NCBI GenBank assembly: GCA_965197425.1
Contig: CBDANC010000015.1
Coordinates: forward strand, 32,001-96,000
Direction: 5' to 3'
DNA: 64,000 nucleotides
Source: Bdellovibrionales bacterium
GTDB lineage: Bacteria; Bdellovibrionota; Bdellovibrionia; Bdellovibrionales; JAUICD01
The notes below the pieces were generated by a model that saw only the letters and a list, made by a program, of their open reading frames with translations, did no database searches and was not told the origin of the DNA. Made by a program: the position numbers and the translations under genes. Of this stretch, positions 59,872 to 64,000 are shown one piece after another; the first letter of the stretch is position 1, and each line of letters starts with the position of its first letter.

Positions 59872-62031
59872 ATGACAAAGGATATAAAGGGAATTTTATG
59901 GCTGTTTGGTGCGGTCTTTTTATTTTTGTGTTTATACAGCTATAACCCTCTTGATCCTTCTTTTAATTCTATATCTAGTAACTTAGGCAAGATACACAAC
60001 ATGTGTGGTATTGTTGGGAGTTTTTTATCTGATGCCCTTTTACAGATTTTTGGTGTAGCTGCTTGGGTATTTGTATTATTTTTCTTGCGGTGTGCGGTTC
60101 TTAGTTTTAAAGGGTATGGGTTACAGATAACCAAGTCAAATGTGCTGATCTGTATTGTACTTCTTGCAACTTTACCTAGTATATGTTCACTTTATTTGCC
60201 CAGTTCCCCTTATGGTTTAAATATTTTAACTGGGGGCGTAGTAGGCCTTTTGGTATCCAATGGCCTTGTAAATATTTTAAACCCTCTTGGCGCTGGGGTT
60301 GTGCTCTGGACCTTCTTTTGTATTTTTATCATTTTTTGCGGTGGTAGGGGCCTTACATTTAATCTTTTTAGAAGTGCGTATAAATTTCTCTATTCGGTTA
60401 TTTTCAATGTGCTTTATTTTTTTGGTGCTAGTAGGTTAGTTTTTTATTTTAGGCAAAAATTTCAAAAACCAAAAGACATTCAGAGTTATTCTGATTTGAG
60501 GGGAGACTATGAGGTTTTTGATATTGAGAAAGAAAAGGTTAAAAATTCTTGTATTCCTAAGTCTCAGGAAAACTGGCTATTTCCTAAGTTAGGCATGTTA
60601 TCTAGTGCTACTACTGCTAGAGTTAGAATTGATGATCATACGATAAAGCGAAGTATTTCTATTTTAGAGAATAAGTTAAATCAGTTTGCTGTAAAGGGTG
60701 TGGTTGTATCAGTAAAGTCTGGCCCTGCGGTGACCTTGTATGAGTTTAAGCCAGAAGTTAACGTAAAGATTAGTAAAATTACAGATCTTGCTGATGATTT
60801 AAGTTTAGCTTTGAGTGCTGAGTCAGTGAGGATCATAGCTCCTCTCCCGGGTAGAGATGTTGTAGGTATTGAAACTTCTAATCCTAATAGAGATATTGTT
60901 TATTTGAAGGATATTTTGGAGGATAGTAGTTTTTGGGATGAGGGAAAGAGCCTTCCCTTGGTTATGGGTAAAAGTGTAAACGGTTCTTGTCAGGTAATTG
61001 ATCTTAGAAAGATACCTCATTTGTTGGTTGCTGGCACAACTGGTTCTGGAAAATCTGTTTTTATTGTTTCTATAATTACGGGTCTTTTATTCAGGCATTC
61101 GCCTAAGACAATGAGGCTTATACTTATTGATCCAAAGCAAGTTGATCTGAGTGTATTTCATAATATTCCTCATTTATTAATGCCTCCTATTAAGGATGTT
61201 AGCCAGGCTGTTGTATCTTTGAAATGGGCCATAGCTGAGATGGAGAAGAGATATAGGTCGATGTCTGAGTTTGGTGTAAGGGATTTGGATAGTTTTAATA
61301 AGGTTGTTTCAAAGTTGTCTGAAAGTGAAAAAGCTCATTATGAAAAGATAAATCAAGAACCTAAGTTTTATTATACTAAGCAGCCTTATATAGTGATTGT
61401 TATAGAGGAGTTTGGGGATTTAATGGCAGTGGATAAGGCTAATGTGCAGCACTTAGTAGTGAGATTAGCCCAAATGGCAAGGGCATGTGGAATACATTTA
61501 ATTTTATCTGTACAAAGTCCTAGAAGGGATGTGGTTACTGGTTTAATAAAAACAAACATACCAGGTAGGATTAGCTTTAAGGTAGCTAGTAAGATTGATT
61601 CCAGGGTTATCTTGGATGAGTCGGGTGGTGAGAGGCTTTTGGCTAAGGGTGATATGTTGTTTATAGCTCCTGGTATTGGAAAACCAGCTAGGTATCATGG
61701 CCCTTGGGTGAATGAGATGGATGTTGAAAAAATTGCTACATTTTGGGAGCAGCAGTCTGAGGATGAATACGACCCTGTTGCTGTAGACATGTTGAATCAA
61801 TCTTCATCAGAAAATGGTATGAGCTATTTTAATAGTTTTAACAAAGACAGCATGTATGATGAGGCATTGGAGTTTGTTCAATCTCAACAAGAGGTTAGCG
61901 TATCTATGCTTCAGCGCAAATTCCGTTTGGGATATCCTAGGGCTGCTAGGATTATTGAAACTTTTGAAAAAGAGGGTATTGTTAGTGTTCCTCAAGGAAG
62001 CAAGCCCCGTCAGGTGCTAAAACAGCAATAG
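59872..62031 (+). CDS. ftsK: DNA translocase FtsK
   Basis: N-terminal TMs, PHLLVAGTTGSGKS, LILIDPK, RLAQMARACGIHL, gamma domain SMLQRKFRLGYPRAAR. Confidence 0.96.
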   Translation: MTKDIKGILWLFGAVFLFLCLYSYNPLDPSFNSISSNLGKIHNMCGIVGSFLSDALLQIFGVAAWVFVLFFLRCAVLSFKGYGLQITKSNVLICIVLLATLPSICSLYLPSSPYGLNILTGGVVGLLVSNGLVNILNPLGAGVVLWTFFCIFIIFCGGRGLTFNLFRSAYKFLYSVIFNVLYFFGASRLVFYFRQKFQKPKDIQSYSDLRGDYEVFDIEKEKVKNSCIPKSQENWLFPKLGMLSSATTARVRIDDHTIKRSISILENKLNQFAVKGVVVSVKSGPAVTLYEFKPEVNVKISKITDLADDLSLALSAESVRIIAPLPGRDVVGIETSNPNRDIVYLKDILEDSSFWDEGKSLPLVMGKSVNGSCQVIDLRKIPHLLVAGTTGSGKSVFIVSIITGLLFRHSPKTMRLILIDPKQVDLSVFHNIPHLLMPPIKDVSQAVVSLKWAIAEMEKRYRSMSEFGVRDLDSFNKVVSKLSESEKAHYEKINQEPKFYYTKQPYIVIVIEEFGDLMAVDKANVQHLVVRLAQMARACGIHLILSVQSPRRDVVTGLIKTNIPGRISFKVASKIDSRVILDESGGERLLAKGDMLFIAPGIGKPARYHGPWVNEMDVEKIATFWEQQSEDEYDPVAVDMLNQSSSENGMSYFNSFNKDSMYDEALEFVQSQQEVSVSMLQRKFRLGYPRAARIIETFEKEGIVSVPQGSKPRQVLKQQ

Positions 62032-62103
62032 GGCGTTTCTTAAAAGCTTCTATTTTGTCTATTAAAGTTAAATCAGCTTATTTGCATCATGAAACAGGCA
62101 TTC

Positions 62104-62154
62104 GCAACAAAAAGAGAACAAGTCCCCTTATTTGTTGCTCATTAGCCTCACCTT
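62104..62154 (+). repeat. Minimal modular element
   Basis: GCAACAAA-[AGAGAACAAGTCCCCTT]-TTTGTTGC followed by the end motif TCATTAGCCTCACCTT. Confidence 0.75.
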
Positions 62155-62165
62155 TAAATTTGTTT

Positions 62166-62202
62166 ATGACAAAATTTGTCTGTCTGTATGACAAATTTTG
62201 CA
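62166..62202 (+). promoter_or_regulatory. Paired putative enhancer (UAS) sites
   Basis: ATGACAAAATTTGTC (62166) and ATGACAAATTTTGCA (62188), 22 bp apart, about 100-125 bp upstream of the predicted +1. Confidence 0.6.
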
Positions 62203-62264
62203 GAGTATTTTGCTAAAAATATCGCTAAACCCTGAAATTTGGTGTTTATGGGCGGTTTTTGGTA

Positions 62265-62280
62265 TGGCATGGCAGTTGCT
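62265..62280 (+). promoter_or_regulatory. Sigma54 -24/-12 promoter
   Basis: TGGCATGGCAGTTGCT with exact GG-N10-GC spacing. Confidence 0.8.
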
Positions 62281-62290
62281 ATATATAAGG

Positions 62291-62365
62291 GTACAACACA
62301 CTCTCTCCTTACCACATGCTTTTACCGTGTGAGCCCCCTTTCACCGGTAAAAGCATGATTTTTTT
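62291..62365 (+). ncRNA. Candidate sigma54-dependent small RNA (~75 nt)
   Basis: Starts at the predicted +1, has a single-stranded CUCUCUCCUU segment, a long hairpin and U7. Confidence 0.65.
62315..62365 (+). terminator. Intrinsic terminator hairpin
   Basis: CATGCTTTTACCG / CGGTAAAAGCATG perfect 13-bp stem followed by A-T7. Confidence 0.85.
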
Positions 62366-62384
62366 ATAAACACTGATTGAATCT

Positions 62385-62478
62385 GCTAATAAACCGGCTT
62401 GATTCAATTGGCTTTTCATATTGAAATATGTTCTATCTTTGCCAATTGAAAGAACCTCCTCGATGGTCGGTTTGTTGG
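62385..62478 (-). repeat. Degenerate copy of the CAATTGG/CCAATTG module
   Basis: TTCAATTGGC...GCCAATTGAAAGAACCTCC...GGTCGGTTT. Confidence 0.65.
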
Positions 62479-62496
62479 TTTTTATGGGTTGGTTTT

Positions 62497-63315
62497 ATGG
62501 TTTCTAACATTTTCAAGCATTTTAGCGGGGCTAAGATCACATTTGATGGTGAGGATGCTTTTGATTTTTTACAACGTCTTAGTACGCAGGATATTTTGCT
62601 GGCTGATAATCATCTAGTTCAAGGTATTTTTTTAGACAAAAGAGCCAGGGTTATTGGTCCTTTTTATTGTATTAGGGATAAATATTATCGTCTTATAGTT
62701 TCTGATGAGTTTAAGAACGATGTTATTTCTTACATAGAAAAAATGCATTTTAGTGAGGATTTAAAGTTTAGTGTAGAGAATATAGTTTGGACAGAGGAGA
62801 GATATATTGATACCCCAACGGAGACTGTGGCACATAAGTTAACAGATTGGAGTTTAGATGTAGTCTATAAGGGTGTGTTTTATGAGAAGGTTTTAGCAGA
62901 TGACATGAAACATGAATTCGAAAGGTTATCTTACATGGCCAAAAGTCCTGGTATAGATAATGTATGTTTTAAAAGTATTATGATATTAGACGGTCCATTT
63001 GATCACTTTATTTCCAGGAACAAAGGGTGTTATCCGGGTCAAGAGGTAGTGGAAAAAATTTACCATAATAGAAGACCCAAGGAGATGTTTGTGTGTCATA
63101 TAGAATCACAGTTAGATACCACGGGGAGGTATCCTCTTTTTTCTAAAAGCAGAAAAATTGGGGAATTTTTAAGCTCAATACCTGATGAAAATGTTGGTTG
63201 TAGCATCGCTTTAGCGTTTGTTAGGAGCAATAAATTTAAGGTAGGGGATATGTTAGATACTGAAGATGGTTTAATTGTTAAATTAGTTGGCAAGACCTCA
63301 GTAAGTTTTGAGTAA
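62497..63315 (+). CDS. ygfZ: YgfZ/GcvT family folate-binding protein
   Basis: GEDAFDFLQRL.TQD and the KGCYPGQE signature; the ORF extension back to 62428 lies in a repeat. Confidence 0.88.
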   Translation: MVSNIFKHFSGAKITFDGEDAFDFLQRLSTQDILLADNHLVQGIFLDKRARVIGPFYCIRDKYYRLIVSDEFKNDVISYIEKMHFSEDLKFSVENIVWTEERYIDTPTETVAHKLTDWSLDVVYKGVFYEKVLADDMKHEFERLSYMAKSPGIDNVCFKSIMILDGPFDHFISRNKGCYPGQEVVEKIYHNRRPKEMFVCHIESQLDTTGRYPLFSKSRKIGEFLSSIPDENVGCSIALAFVRSNKFKVGDMLDTEDGLIVKLVGKTSVSFE

Positions 63316-63428
63316 AAAAAATAAAAAGTAACTGTACATATAGCAGTATGAATTTTAGAATGCTTTTGTCGAGCTGCGGTTTGTTTGCAGCAATAAGGGA
63401 TTAAAATTAACAACAATAGAGGAGAGAC

Positions 63429-64000
63429 ATGAGAGGATTATTATTATTTGCATTATTATTTGCGGTGGGTTGCAGTCCATCGGCTATTCAATTGCAGAAA
63501 ACTTTGGAGCAAAATCCAAATATACTTGTAAACGCCATCAAGAAAAATCCTGATGCGATAATTGGTGCTATTGACGATGCTGCAAAAGGAAAAGCCAATG
63601 CTAGAGCGGCTGGACAACAACAGGACTCAAGGGAAGCTGAATTTGCAAACCCTAAAAAACCTGAAATAGGTAAAGATAGAGTTATGTTTGGGTCAAAGAA
63701 TGCTTCTATAACAATTGTGGAATACTCTGACTTTGAGTGTCCTTTCTGTTCTAGGGGTTACAACACCCTAAAAGAGCTTATGGGTAAATATGAAGGGAAG
63801 ATAAGAGTGCTATATAAACACCTTCCGTTGAATTTCCATCCATTGGCTGAACCTGCTGCTAGGTACTACGAAGCAATTGCATTACAGGATCATAAAAAAG
63901 CTGCTAGTTTTCATGACAAAATTTTCGAGGAGCAAAGCAAGTTAAAAACTGAAGGTCAAGCAATGCTAGATAGATTGGCTAAAGAGGTTGGTGCTGATGT
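63429..64000 (+). CDS. DsbA-family thioredoxin lipoprotein (runs off the window end)
   Basis: Translated by hand: MRGLLLFALLFAVGC...ITIVEYSDFECPFC...KHLPLNFHPLA; SD GAGGAG. Confidence 0.9.
   Translation, partial: MRGLLLFALLFAVGCSPSAIQLQKTLEQNPNILVNAIKKNPDAIIGAIDDAAKGKANARAAGQQQDSREAEFANPKKPEIGKDRVMFGSKNASITIVEYSDFECPFCSRGYNTLKELMGKYEGKIRVLYKHLPLNFHPLAEPAARYYEAIALQDHKKAASFHDKIFEEQSKLKTEGQAMLDRLAKEVGAD

Noticed and set aside
1162..63416. Numerous 60-160 aa ORFs antisense to or nested in recognised genes
   Set aside because: They overlap well-supported core genes and show no motifs; expected by chance

Overview
AT-rich bacterial chromosome segment made up mostly of core genes. The gene content (tandem DUF507 pair, GYF_2+PilZ protein, FHA-sigma54 activator, Hanks kinase, Cys-motif Lgt paralogue) suggests a Bdellovibrionota/Oligoflexia-like or other 'deltaproteobacterial' organism; this is inference. 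Contents from left to right: an envelope operon (lipoprotein-mlaEFD-prfB-lolE-lolD-bamA), ileS-lspA-lgt-lgt, an aceE-like E1, pyrG, engB, pcnB and a DEAD-box helicase, an orphan MTase, mutL-miaA-yicC-gmk-rpoZ-rel, gdh, coaE-addBA, a thiolase, an H1-like protein plus mutS, three PPIases plus pdxA, rpsF-rplI-dnaB, fis, ftsK, ygfZ and dsbA. I saw no rRNA, tRNA, CRISPR-cas or transposase. The most unusual signals are non-coding. (1) A dispersed modular family of nested-hairpin elements occurs at about 12 intergenic loci, with fixed end motifs, interchangeable internal modules and clear base-pair covariation. It includes a 3x85-bp tandem array and copies that supply the C-termini or stop codons of engB, miaA and pdxA. 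(2) A complete candidate sigma54-dependent sRNA gene of about 75 nt (paired enhancer sites, -24/-12 promoter, anti-SD seed, intrinsic terminator) lies between ftsK and ygfZ. Also present are the canonical prfB +1 frameshift and an apparent 1-nt frameshift in bamA.
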